A stretch of DNA of 48,358 nucleotides. It comes from Vitrella brassicaformis CCMP3155. Taxonomy: Eukaryota > Protista > Chromerida. Of this stretch, positions 1 to 11,340 are shown piece after piece. The DNA is taken from contig CDMY01000578.1 of assembly GCA_001179505.1 (NCBI GenBank), forward strand, positions 1-48,358, given 5' to 3'. The notes beneath the pieces were generated by a model that saw only the letters and a program-made list of their open reading frames with translations, was not told where the DNA came from and did not search any database. The first letter of the stretch is position 1. Every line of letters begins with the position of its first letter. Both the position numbers and the translations under genes were made by a program.

Positions 1-2830
1 CCTTCTGGTCTGGCTTGGCCGCAGCACCACAGTGCCATCTGTCCTCTCTGTCACGCGCAGCCGCTTCTTGCCTGCCTTCCTCAGCTCGCCAGCCAGATCA
101 AAGCGAGGCCCGAAAAGGGGCGGCTTGTCCACACGCAGCACAACACACTTGAGGGCAGGGAAGCTGGAAAAGGCCTCGACCACACACCCAACGAAGGAAC
201 TGTGCATTTTGCGTGCTTCCTGGACGCGCAGCTCCCCCTCGATGTGCACATTGAGGGACGACACACGGCCGCTCTCCATGAACTCCTGGCCTGCCTCGCT
301 GTCACCGTACAGTTGCCACTCGACAGACGGCTCTCTCTGCTCTTCTGTATTGTGGTGCTGTGCGTGCCAGTAGTAGCGACGGATGGGGTGAACCATGTAT
401 ATGTGAAACTTCAGCTGCACCTCTACCTCCTTGCCTTCGCTCGACATGAACCCCAGGCCATCAGGCACCAGAGTGCACGTAGCCTCAGGCTCAGCACGAA
501 CGGAAAACTCGAAATACGCCTTATGCAGAGAGGGAGAGAGGGCATGCAGCACATCCCCCGCCCCACACTCATAGAAGTCCTCGCCGGACCCCTGTTGCGA
601 CACGACCACCGACGAGACGCGTGGAAACACGGCCGTCGGATCGCTCCTGATGTAGGAGGGGAGCTTCTTCTTGCCGTCCCCTGCCATGATGGTGAGCTCG
701 GTTGCCGATTCGCACACCAGTGAGTCCAGGCCGGGGATCTTCTTGACGTGGTCTGATCTTCTGCATGCGTCGAGGGTGACCTTGTTGGCCTGTCGGCAGC
801 ACACTTGCACCGTGTCGCGGCAGTCGGCGAGGGCCTCCCCATTGCCGGTGAAGGGGAGGTGGAGGTGGAGGTCCGTGGAGGCCTTGACGGTTCGCTGCCA
901 GCGGTACTTGGGCTTGGGCGGCAGGTTGTGGTAGTAGGTCTCGACGGCGTCAGTGCTGAGCACCTTGGAACGGAAACGATGCAGCTTCTGACCGAATGGA
1001 AAGATGCATGCAGCCACGAGGGTCCATCAGCGTGTCCAACCGCCACCCACCCACCCANNNNNNNNNNNNNNNNNNNNNNNNNNNNNNNNNNNNNNNNNNN
1101 NNNNNNNNNNNNNNNNNNNNNNNNNNNNNNNNNNNNNNNNNNNNNNNNNNNNNNNNNNNNNNNNNNNNNNNNNNNNNNNNNNNNNNNNNNNNNNNNNNNN
1201 NNNNNNNNNNNNNNNNNNNNNNNNNNNNNNNNNNNNNNNNNNNNNNNNNNNNNNNNNNNNNNNNNNNNNNNNNNNNNNNNNNNNNNNNNNNNNNNNNNNN
1301 NNNNNNNNNNNNNNNNNNNNNNNNNNNNNNNNNNNNNNNNNNNNNNNNNNNNNNNNNCACCTACCTGGATGTATTGCGATTTCTGCACTTCGGCGAGTCC
1401 CATCTCGATCTCATCCAGGGGGCCGATGTCCGTCGCGATGCGGTCGATGAACGCGTCATCGGGCACCTTTTCGTACACGGACTGGCTCTGCTGGTGGAAC
1501 GACACGCGACCAGTCAACGACGTCAGGCTCTTGGCTGCATCCATCACATCACACCCATACAATACATCCACACAGCGCATGGATGGCGGGCCCTCGGTGT
1601 CGGTCCTCTGATTGGTTGTATACCTGAGGGTGTGTCTTTGAGGAATTCCGCCACTTGGTCAAGCCGCACCTCATGCGAGCAGCCGATGTCCTCCTGCAAT
1701 ACACACAGGGCATGGATGCACATATGTGACCTCACGAATGCGTCCCCCCTTCCTCCCTCTGCCACGCACCTCGTCAGATATGAGATGCAGCGATTTGATG
1801 CCTGCCTCAGCCTGACTGGCCCATTGGCGGCCCATACATGGCGAGGTCGACCAGACCGAGATCCTTGAGCACTGGGAGCTGGTACTCGCGGTCCTCTGCG
1901 ATCTTGACCCACACACTGCGGATGCTCGCCGACTCCAAACGCTCAAACACGATCGGCCCCTGATTGATTGATTGATAGACGGGACACACAGCGTGTGTGG
2001 GATGTCTTTGTCCGTGCTTTGTCCACCTCTCCCCTCCCCTCCTCACCTTCTTGTGTGGCAGTCTGATGCGGCTGAAGTTGCCCTTCCTGTTGCGGTTGTC
2101 GCGCTCGAAGGCCGCCAGGGCGCGGTAGTCGGGAAGGTCCTTGCCCTTCTTGTCGGTCGGCGGCTCGTAGGGGCACTGCAGGTCCACACTCTCAACCTTG
2201 GCCGAGAGGCTCTCCAGCAGATACACCAGCGACGGCGTGGGGCGGTGGTAGATGTTGATGCTCACACACTCAGACAAACGACGACCTGCATCAAGACACC
2301 ACACACACATGAATGTGACAAAGGTACCCATCCAGTCATTCCCTCCTCTCTCTCCTTCCTTGCTCACCTATCCATTTCTTAGCGATGTTCATGGTGGGCG
2401 ATGCATCGAGGTCGACTATGGGGTGCATGCTGGGCTGCTGGGTGAGGCAGCGGAAGTAGCTGTTGACGCTCGACAGCGACTCCATGCACGACACGAAACC
2501 GACCAAGGCGCCCAAACCCGCACCACCACTCATCCACAGAACCTCAGGCAACTCCTCCAGATGAGACTTGATCTGACATTCAATCAATCACGCCGCAGCA
2601 CATGAAGTGAGTGATGATGTTACCCTCTCCTTGTGCCTGGTCGCATACCTCCTCAGCTTCGTCTTGGTCGATTTCGTTGATTTTGTGTTGGATGGTGTCG
2701 AGTTTGGTGATGGTCTCCTTGTGCTGCTTCTTCGCGATGGCTCCGCTGATGTGGGTCTGCATGCCTGCGTCGGTGCACACCATGCTCGACCACACGCGGA
2801 ACTGACGCTCAACCTCCTGACCAACAACAC

Positions 2831-2861
<31 letters not shown>

Positions 2862-3562
2862 AAGGACATTGGCTGAGGGTGCGTCCGTGTGTGGTGTGTG
2901 GCGTGTTGTGTGTGGTGGGTGCACCTTCATGCGATTCTGTTGTGTGTGTGTTTCTGGGGCGGGGAGGGACTGCCGCAACTCCCACACCTCATGCGCCTGC
3001 ATCAACACACCACACACAGACACGGATTCTTGTTTTCCTTTTTCTGCTGTTTGTTTGTGGTGCTGACGCGTTTGGCGGCTTCCTCGACGCGTGTGAGCTG
3101 AGCCTGTAGTCGCTCAGCCACCCACTCGAAGACCTTCAAGTCAGCCTTGGGATCCAACGCATCATCAATGTCCTGCATCCCACACACACGTAAGGCACAG
3201 AACCACACCGAAAATGGCTGAACCATCCATGGTTGCACCCCTCTGCTTCCCTCATCCATTTGTACCTCCATCTGATGGCCCTCGTCCGTCGCTTGAGCCT
3301 TAGATCTGCCGCCCTTCTTCTTGGGCTTGGCCTTGCCGGCAGCGGCAGCCGCCTTGTCCTTCTTGTCCACCCGCTGCTTCTTCTTGCCAGCGGCTTTGGT
3401 GGTGCGGCGGCCCCTCTCCTCCCACTCTGATCCATCCTCCTCCTCGCCGTCACTGCTCACGTCCACATCCATCGCCGGCTTGCGCTTCTGACCCGCACCT
3501 GCTGCTGCGAGGGCGGCCTGACGGGCCGTCATGCGATGCTCAACCTTCTCTGAATCCATCAT
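1..3562 (-). CDS. Multi-exon hypothetical protein with basic/acidic N-terminus and an F-box-like motif; runs off the left edge
   Basis: GT-AG exons join from MMDSEKVEHR (3562) through DIDDALDPKADLK, EVERQFRVW, HLEELPEVLW..GALVGFVSCMESLSSV (F-box-like), YHRPTPSLVYLLESLS, GPIVFERLE, EDIGCSHEVRLD and KSLTSLTGRVSF to a ~1 kb exon open to base 1. One apparent +1 shift at CCC 1831-1833. Spans gap 1058-1357. Confidence 0.7.
1058..1357. other. Assembly gap (300 N)
   Basis: All five gaps are exactly 300 N, so they are placeholders of unknown true length. Confidence 0.98.
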
Positions 3563-3856
3563 CGAGGAGGATGTGGTTGCACGGTGATGGCGCCGAACGA
3601 GCAGAGAACAGCGCGCGGACTTTGGCCAAACCTGTAAACGGAACGGTCGAGAAGTCGAGAAAAAGGAGACGGGGGCTCTCCCTGCATCCCACAAATGATA
3701 ATTATCGCGTCATCAGTGTCTGTGCACAGGCAGACAGCATTAGCAGTAGCGATAGCATCGACAACAGCAGCAAAAAGCAGCAGCCCAGCAGCAGCACCAG
3801 CGGTTTCGTCCCAGCAGTCCCGTGTTCCGCATCAGGGAGAGGAGGAGGCCACCGCA

Positions 3857-6308
3857 ATGGCGAGCGCCCCATCAGGGCCACCCCAGCCACCGGCCATCCT
3901 CCGGCTGAAGAACAGGGATGATATCGAGCTGCCCGTAGTCCTCGGCAGCGGCACAAGGGCCACAGTCATGGCCGGCCTCGTCGATGGGGAGTGGACGGCG
4001 TTCAAGATAGCCGCGCCGCAGGAGGGGAGCCAGCAGGTCTCACGCTCCATCTGCAGGGAGATGGAGGCCGAGAGAGTGACCATGGAGAGGCTGCAGCAGC
4101 GGCAGAGGGAGAGGAACGAGAGGGGCTCTTCCTCAACCTCTACGACCATGCTGGCCCCTCAGACGGCGCGACCTTCCGCGCCAGCCCATCCGCCCCACCA
4201 CAGCAGTGCGTGTACCTCGCCGAGGAGGTCATCAAAACCCCCCATGCGCCAAGACATATGTGTCCTTATCCGATCTGCTACGGAAGGAAGGACACAACCT
4301 GGCGGCCATCTCGGCAGCCCACCCGCCCACACAGCCGGCCGACCAGAAGGCCATGGGGATAATTGATAAGTTGTTGACGACGGTGAGGGCGCTGCCTGAG
4401 GGAGTGAGGGGGCATCGGAGGGCACTCGACGACTACGACACCGTGCTCCTCGACCACTGCGTGAACAACATCTACCTGCGTAGGACCGCCATGGGTAAGG
4501 CTATCATGCAGACAGACCATCACAGAGGCAGAGAAAGGGGGATGACTGCGCTTTGGCTTGTGTATTGTGTGTGGTTCTTTGTCTGCCTGCCTCAGGTGGC
4601 GGCGTATCTGACCTGCCCGGTGTGCTGTTCATCGACCACGGCAACACGCTCCACGCTCGCCAACCCGGCCCCCTACTGTGCCGCAGCGACGGCACCATCC
4701 CCCCACCCTTATACCCCCAGAAGGCGGCTCTCGCCCCGCTTTCTCCGGCCACGGTGGAACAGGAACAGCAGCTGCCTGTCAACACGCAGTTCTGCGGGTC
4801 GCCAGAGCAGTCGCTCCACTGGTACCGCCGGAACCACCTCGCCGACGAGTGGATAAGGTGGGTGGGCGCCTTTTGGACTCTTCACCACTGAGGGGTGGGA
4901 GGTACGGGGGGCAGACGGCCAGGTGTCTCGCTGGGGTCGTTAAAATCGTTGCCTACATTTTATATTCGACAGAGTCATATCTCTACGGTATCGCAGCACA
5001 CCACCTTGCCCAAGAGATCACTTGAAGGGGTGGCGACTATGGAGCACAACAACCCAGCAGCCGAGGCCATCTGGATGGGGGAGAGGACGGTGGTATTTAA
5101 CTATGCCGTCACCATCCACAACGTGCTGCGGTCGGAGAGGTGGCAGCAGTCCCTCGAGCGGCTCGAGGCGTGGGCTGACAAGTCCTACATCAAGGCCGAC
5201 GACGGCGCCACTGAGCACAAGAAACAGTGACAAGAAGGTCTTGGCCAAGGGCCCCGGCTTCTATTGGAATATGCAGGACGCGCTGACGAGCCTCAGCTGG
5301 CGCGACACCTTCCACCGCATCTCTCAGCCAAGTGGCCATCCCAAGATGGAGGACGGAAGGCGGCTCCTCCACGACCGCACCAAGGAGGAGGGGCTGTGGT
5401 GGCTCGGAGACGTCATCCGCCGTCTGGAAGCCATCTGCGCGGCGGCACTGCAGTTCCTCCCCTCCAAACGGTGCACACTGGGCGACATGGAAGCCCTCCT
5501 GTCAGCCACCATCGACGACCTGGAAGGCGCCAAGGCCAGCATCGAGGCCGGCATTCCGCCTGCGGCGAGCCCAACCGCCGCGCCCTCGCTGCCATCCACA
5601 GCTGCGTCGCCCGACCAACCCCTCGCAGCGCCGTCCCCATCTGAGGCGGCGTCCTCCACGTATCTAGACGGGCACACGATGACCGGATATGGGAGGGAGA
5701 GAGGCCACACAGAACTGGTCTGGGTGCCTGTCTGTCTGCCTTTGGCTTTAATGTGAGGATATTGCTGTCTGCATTTTATATTCGACGGAGACATAACCTG
5801 ATGGAGAGGCGGCAGTTCCCAGTGCCCCAAGTGCCCCGCGAAGGCTGCTCAAAAGGCTGCTCTACATCCTTCTGGGGCTTGGCCTCTCAATATTGGCCAT
5901 CTGCGTATATGTGTCCGTCACGGAGAGCAAGAAGCCAGAGGCCGTCAAGCCCGCCGTGGCGCCCACCTTCGCCATGTTCGCCCGCCACTCTCAATACTGT
6001 CGAGAGGAAATGCAAGTATGACAGACAGGGTGGATGGATGGATGGATGGTGGGTGGATATGGGTGTGGATGTGTTGCCTTTCCTTCCTTCGATGTCCATG
6101 CAGACGGAATAGCGAGGCCGGCAAGGAATTCTGCAGATACTGCACGCAGCAACAGCTGGTATGTGTCCACCACTCACGACCGAAGCGCCCGCTCATCTCA
6201 TTCATGTGACGTACGTGTCCTTCCCCTTTGTGTGTGTCCTTCATGCAGGACCAGCAGCACGCCCAATACCTGGCCGAGCTCGACAAGCGGGACCGACAAA
6301 TCCAGTAA
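3857..6308 (+). CDS. Atypical protein kinase-like gene with three apparent frameshifts (sequencing error or pseudogene)
   Basis: Kinase motifs occur in order: LGSGTRATV (Gly loop), TAFK, REMEAE, LLDHCVNNIYL (DxxxxN), LFIDHG (DFG-like), ERTVVFNYAVTIHNVL (subdomain IX-like), LQFLPSKRCT (XI). Frame breaks at G4 4122-4125, C6 4238-4243 and A3 5222-5224. The core ends near 5520. Linkage of the last exons (…KEFCRYCTQQQL|DQQHAQYLAELDKRDRQIQ*) is tentative. Confidence 0.7.
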
Positions 6309-6574
6309 GAAGACATGTCGACATGATATAACATTGTGTTCTCAATTCTCTATTTCCTCGTGAACCGCAATTACTCGTTCAGGAATTACAAACCCATGGC
6401 GAGCGGCCCTGCGAGATGATGGAGCGACTCCACCAGATGGAGATCGCCCTGCTCCATCTGGTGGAGTCCCCATCTGTGGTGTGTTGGAGAGGGGGAAGGG
6501 GAGGGGGAGGGCGAGTGTGTGTGAGCGACATTTTCATCGTTGCCTACGTTTTATATTTGCCAAAGGTGAGTCAT
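4945..6574 (+). repeat. 34-bp AT-rich motif in three direct copies (4945-4978, 5761-5794, 6536-6574)
   Basis: Copy 1 is atcgttgcctacattttatattcgacagagtcat. Copy 2 matches 28/34 ungapped. Copy 3 matches 23 of the first 26 bases, then carries a 5-nt insert before gagtcat. Confidence 0.85.
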
Positions 6575-6625
6575 TTATACAACCGTTTGACTGAATCTGC
6601 TGACCCACAGTGCGTCTTTATGTCG

Positions 6626-7055
6626 TCAGCCGTGTCGACACAACTAACTGTTCATCCACGCATCCATCGCATCCAGCATCAATCCAGCCAATGTGCATAG
6701 ACAAAACCACCGACTCTCCACCTAAAATGGTCCGTTCACTTCCTTCTCCTTTTGTCGCCGGGTGGTCCCTCGTCGGCAATGACGCCGCACTTGACCATCA
6801 GCTCTCGCGCCGCGTTGTTGATGTGCTTGAAGCGATCCGGGCCTACACGCACATTTTAGTGTAGATGCGGCCGTGTGAGTGTGTGTGTGTGTGTGTGCGT
6901 ATTTCTACACCGACCTAGGTGGATGCCTCCGTACCACCGTGAGACGACCACCATGATGTTGGACGTGTTGACGATAGACTGAGCGACAAGACACGCCGCA
7001 CATCCATACAGACAGACCTCTCCAGCGATGTGTGCGCTGCAATCGGATTGGATAC
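6626..7055 (-). pseudogene. Duplicated 3' end of IMPACT (last two exons, introns, part of the 3' UTR)
   Basis: Near-identical to 11227-11658. Encodes SIVNTSNIMVVVSRWYGGIHLG|PDRFKHINNAARELMVKCGVIADEGPPGDKRRRK*. Introns are retained. Confidence 0.92.
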
Positions 7056-7392
7056 AGGTGTGGGTGTCTGAGGGCAGCTAATCGTCCTCGGATGGCTCTC
7101 GTGACTGCCTGGGCTCGCTCATTCACCCCAGATGCCATTGCAGATCTGTCTCCCGCAGAACACACAGAACTCTGCTGTCTTCAAGATGACCCTCAGCAAA
7201 GCAGCCAGTCCGCCCACACACAGGCACGCCACACAGACTGTCTCTGCACGTACCACCTATGTCATCACGTCAGGTGACGGCAGCCGCTGTATGGTGTCGA
7301 CACGCAGACTAGACGTCCCACTCACACCCCACAAAGAAGAGCACACAGACTGACTCGCCTCTTGCTTGTACAAATAACGTCCACTCTTCCAC

Positions 7393-7729
7393 CTACTGCC
7401 TCGTCAGGCTACATTCCCTCTTCGTGTTCGGCTTCTGGATCCTCAGCGGCATGCCGTGGGTGACGAGTCCGCTCAGCGCGAGCAGCAGGAGCACTCGTTG
7501 TGTCAGGCTGATGCTCCTGGTCTGACACAGACAGACACAATAGACCGTCGGCTAAGACCGACAGACACACAGACACACACACACACAGACAGACAGACAG
7601 GCAGACATTTGTGCACATACACATATACATACCCATCAGTCCCAATGTATCCGACTCGCTGTGTGTACTCTCCTTCTGCCACGATAACCTTACCAGCAGC
7701 AGTTTCACGGTAGCCTTAGGGTCGTAACC
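7393..7729 (-). pseudogene. Orphan spliced gene fragment (two exons)
   Basis: tttcttgtgcag|GYDPKATVKLLL|gtaagg…tgtcag|TRSISLTQRVLLLLALSGLVTHGMPLRIQKPNTKRECSLTRQ*. No start codon is evident. The first exon is homologous to ~43283-43335. Confidence 0.4.
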
Positions 7730-7798
7730 CTGCACAAGAAACCCTGGGCTTTCTCCGGAGGTAACTCGTCTCCGCTCCAAGTGATGTCGCTCAACGTG

Positions 7799-9256
7799 AT
7801 GTCTTGCCTGTGGAGGGAACGGCCGGCGGACGAGCTGAGCGAGGCCGCTGGCCTGTGCGAGGTCATGCACGAGGGCGCCGCGTGCTTTGGGAAGGGACTT
7901 ATGCTCAAGACCAACAAGAACCACCTGTTCATCATAACAGCGGCACACGTCGCAGTCGGCGCCACAGGCGCCAGGATGGTCATCGACAACCAGGAGCACA
8001 CGGTGCAGGTGGCGGCGGCTTTCATCCACAAGAACTACATCGTCAGCGGCCATCCTGATCTTGCCATCCTGAGGGCGCAGGACAACGCCCCTCTTTGTGC
8101 CGCCCTTCCTGCCAAGCGACTCGTTATCGCCCGGAACATCGACATCCGCCACCAGCTGTCTTCCGTCGACCGTCATCGTTTTTTCAAGGGCGACGTGACG
8201 GAGGTCTCGTTCGAAAGGCCACTGGATGTGACGGCTGGGGCGGCTTCGGCGGCGCGCGGTGCGGGCCAGGAATCCGAGTGCATGTGGATGCGGCTGTCCG
8301 GCATTACTTCAATGCCGGGGGACTCCGGCAGCCCCATGGTGACCACGGCTGAGACGTCGTGGCACCACACCGAAGGTCTTCTAGGTGGTCTTCTGCACGG
8401 TGTGTCGCCACAGACCTCCAAGAAGAAACGGCAGACGGGCAGCACCACTGACTCTTCCACGGCACCAGCTCTGCACCCAATCTTGTACGTCACGCCCCTC
8501 GGCAGCCTCGAGCAGCCCAAGAAGCATTTTGTCAGCATCCCTGTCCCTTCGTCCCCTGCGGCTAGGGATTCCGACTTGTATGCTGTTGTCGAGCTCCTCG
8601 AGATGATGCCGCCCACCTTTTCCGCCAAGCAGAAGCCTTTGATGACCGTGGCCGACTACAAAAACAATACGCCCCGACAGCAGAAGCCGCCCTCTCTCCC
8701 TCAGCATCTCACTCACCCTCATCCCCGCCGCCTCCCTCGCCCTCACCCCCGGCCGCGGACAAGCCTCCCTCGCCCTCACCCCCGGCCGCGGACAAGGGAG
8801 TGCTGGATGCCATCGCTCAGCTGGACGCTAAGATAGACGCTAAGATAGATGGGCTCGGCAAGAAGATCGACAGCACTCGGCTCGAGCTGGCCACACAGAT
8901 CAGCAGCATGAGGGGATATGAGGTGGTCGAGGGACCGCCGGCGGAAGCTTTCAACAGCCTTCGACAGAGGCTGACGAAGGTCTTCAAGACCACTGAGGAA
9001 GAGCTGGACGCGATGACTGTCGAGAAGGTCTTCATCAAGCTGTTGGAAGAGGCCGACAAGAATCCCTTTCCCGACCTCGCTGAGGTACACACGCACGCAC
9101 ACGTGCATACAGACACACGGAAGCCTCATACCGAGGTGCCACGCATTGTGTTTTGGTTTGTTGTGTCTTGTCGTGCATGTGTAGGGTGAGCAGTTGCCTC
9201 TGGCGTTCAGGACTGTCGTGCGCATGCCCGTACCCCAGATGCGGCGCGTGGGCTGA
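7799..9256 (+). CDS. Trypsin-like serine protease with Pro-rich linker and coiled coil; copy 1, one frameshift
   Basis: Triad motifs TAAHV, HPDLAIL and GDSGSP are present; no signal peptide. The frame is lost at A5 8660-8664 relative to copy 2. One intron precedes GEQLPLAFRTVVRMPVPQMRRVG*. Confidence 0.88.
8730..8795 (+). repeat. Perfect 33-bp tandem duplication (PPSPSPPAADK x2)
   Basis: gcctccctcgccctcacccccggccgcggacaa occurs twice here and once in copy 2. Confidence 0.95.
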
Positions 9257-9362
9257 TGGTGCGACTGATGGTAGGATGGATTTCGTCTGTCGTCTCGCCA
9301 CACACACGTACATTCACACGTGTGTGATGTGCATGTGTGTGTGGATGTTTGTGGTGGGCCAG

Positions 9363-9520
9363 ATGAGGAGCTTGATCAAGAGGACGGAGAGGACTCGAGT
9401 GAAGACGACGGAGAGCCAGAGGAGGAGGGGAACGAACAGCACAAAGACAGCCCTGATCACGCAGCGGCTCAGGCGCCAGGCTGTGGTGCCGCGGCTGTAC
9501 ATGAGTGTGTTGTCGTGTGA
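9363..9520 (+). other. Orphan acidic terminal exon
   Basis: An intron-like tract ending gggccag precedes (D)EELDQEDGEDSSEDDGEPEEEGNEQ…VV*. It lies just outside the trypsin module. Confidence 0.4.
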
Positions 9521-9811
9521 GGACTGAATATGTGTATCGGTGGAGGTATTTGTTTTCTATTTCTGTGGTGGTGGTCCACACGCTGGGAGAGCTGGCATAT
9601 ATGTACAATGTGAATCTATAACCTCACACACACTTGAGCACACCCACTCACGACCACCCCATTGCAAACACACCCCAGGCACGAACCCCACCGAGAGTGA
9701 AAAGAAAAGGCCCTCAATCGCTCTCGATCGCTCTACCAGAGCCCCCTCAGCAAAGCCCCCTCCACACCCTACTTCACACCATCTGTGCGGTTGCCCCCTG
9801 CAGCAGCGCGC

Positions 9812-11070
9812 TCAGTCGAGCCCACCGCGCTCGATCTCGTCAGAAACGACAGCAACTGGCACACACACATACATACAGACAGACCACACAAGCTGGGGGT
9901 CACATGTGAGCTTGAGGTCTTGTGGTCTTCTCGGGCCTCACACTTTTTGGCGTTTTTGTATCTGGCTGTGTGTTGGTTTTGGGTTGCCTTGACGGATTCG
10001 AGCTGGAGGATGCGCCGGATCACAGCGTTGGCCTTGCTGGAGTGCGGGCCCGGGGGCTGGACAAACCTTACGAACAACGAATAACACAAATTGCGCACGT
10101 GTGTGTGCAGATAGATACCTGACTAGTTTTTGCACTTTGTCGATGGCGAAGTCCACATTGACGTGCAGCTTCTCCTTCTAGACGAAGCGGTTGGCTCCGC
10201 ATGGTGAGACTCAGCCACCTGACAGGTGGCACACACAGGGCCACAGACAGACAGACAGACAATGCTGGCTGTATGCATCCCCTCCTCTCTCCCCATTTCT
10301 CAGCTCACCGTCAGGTTCTGTGTGTCGTCTAGAGGTCCGATGACAGTGGGCAGGTAGATGTGCTCAGCCTGTGTGGGGGTGGGGGGGGTTGGCCTGCCGC
10401 CGGTGCTGCCTCAGTGTGTCCAAGTCGAAGGGGAGGTTGGCCATCTCGGAAACGCCCATGCGGATGGGGTCCAAGGCCTCACGGACAGCCGAACGCTGAA
10501 TGAATCAGCCAATGTATCAATCAATCAATCGATCAACAGCACACACACACACACACAAACACGACCGTTCGTGGGCATGTTTCTATGTCAAAGAGCGTGC
10601 GATTGGCTCCTCTCTCTCACCAGTGAGTCGGTCGCACGAGGGGTGACAGAGAGGGGAGGGATAAACGTTGACAGCAATGCGGGAATCGCCCGGCGATACA
10701 CAAACTCCGTATTGGCACACGCACACCAACACGCGCAACCATCCATCCATCCACCCCAGTCAGTCTGTCTGTCTGTCTTTGTGTCTGTCTTTGTGTCTGC
10801 CTGCCTGCCTGCCTGTGTTTGAGGGTGCGGGTTGATTCGTATATGACGGTATCGGCGACCTTCTGGCGGTATCTGTCGGCCGTCTGGGGGCTGACGGCAG
10901 CCAGCACACCTGCACACAAACGCAGCCAGGAGGCCGACCACCAACAGATACATACACACACACGTGCTGCGGTGGCGTGTGCATCACATTTCCTTCCTTC
11001 ACGCGTACGTGTGCGAATGCAGCGGTGCGCTCAGCCGAGACGTCCGCCTTTGTGTCGGCCACAAGTCGTC
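9812..11070 (-). CDS. Multi-exon hypothetical protein, apparent frameshifts
   Basis: Exons GVLAAVSPQTADRYRQKVAD, RSAVREALDPIRMGVSEMANLPFDLD, AEHIYLPTVIGPLDDTQNLT, KEKLHVNVDFAIDKVQKLVR and FVQPPGPHSSKANAVIRRILQLESVK have GT/GC-AG borders. Frame break at G8 10381-10388. Both ends are uncertain. Confidence 0.5.
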
Positions 11071-11340
11071 AAGCCGTCGCTGTCGTCAACTTTTCGCTAT
11101 GGGTAAAGACCTCGGGTTGATCTTCGGAAGAGAGGGCGTGATGGACAGAGGGCGTGGTCGCGCCTTCTTTGGGGGCTCTGAAGGCGCGATCACTCCCTCG
11201 ACCACTCCTCCTGCATGCGTGTCTCATCAGCCGTGTCGACACAACTAACTAACTGTTCATCCACGCATCCATCGCATCCAGCATCAATCCAGCCAATGTG
11301 CATAGACAAAACCACCGACTCTCCACCTAAAATGGTCCGT

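Larger units (their letters stand above)
7761..9294 (+). repeat. ~1.5 kb trypsin module, copy 1 (inverted paralog at 35442-36940)
   Basis: Continuous alignment from gtaactcgtctc (7761) to tttcgtctgtcgtc (9294). Identity stops abruptly at both ends. Confidence 0.95.

Noticed and set aside
4122-5224. Programmed ribosomal frameshifting
   Set aside because: Mixed +1 and -1 shifts, no consistent slippery sequence or stimulatory structure, and the same pattern in unrelated genes.
4945-6574. CRISPR-like array
   Set aside because: Only three degenerate copies about 800 bp apart in eukaryotic DNA, with no cas genes.
6626-7055. IMPACT retrocopy
   Set aside because: Introns are retained and no poly(A) is present, so this is a DNA-level duplication.
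7714-7732. AGGGT-TACG-ACCCT hairpin or telomere-like TTAGGG/CCCTAA box (also 43300-43318)
   Set aside because: The stem is only 5 bp. Acceptor-like flanks and frame-preserving indels favour a coding relic (GYDPK).
7761-9294. Trypsin module as a classical transposon
   Set aside because: No terminal inverted repeats, target-site duplication or transposase/RT motifs were found. It is kept only as a relocated segment.
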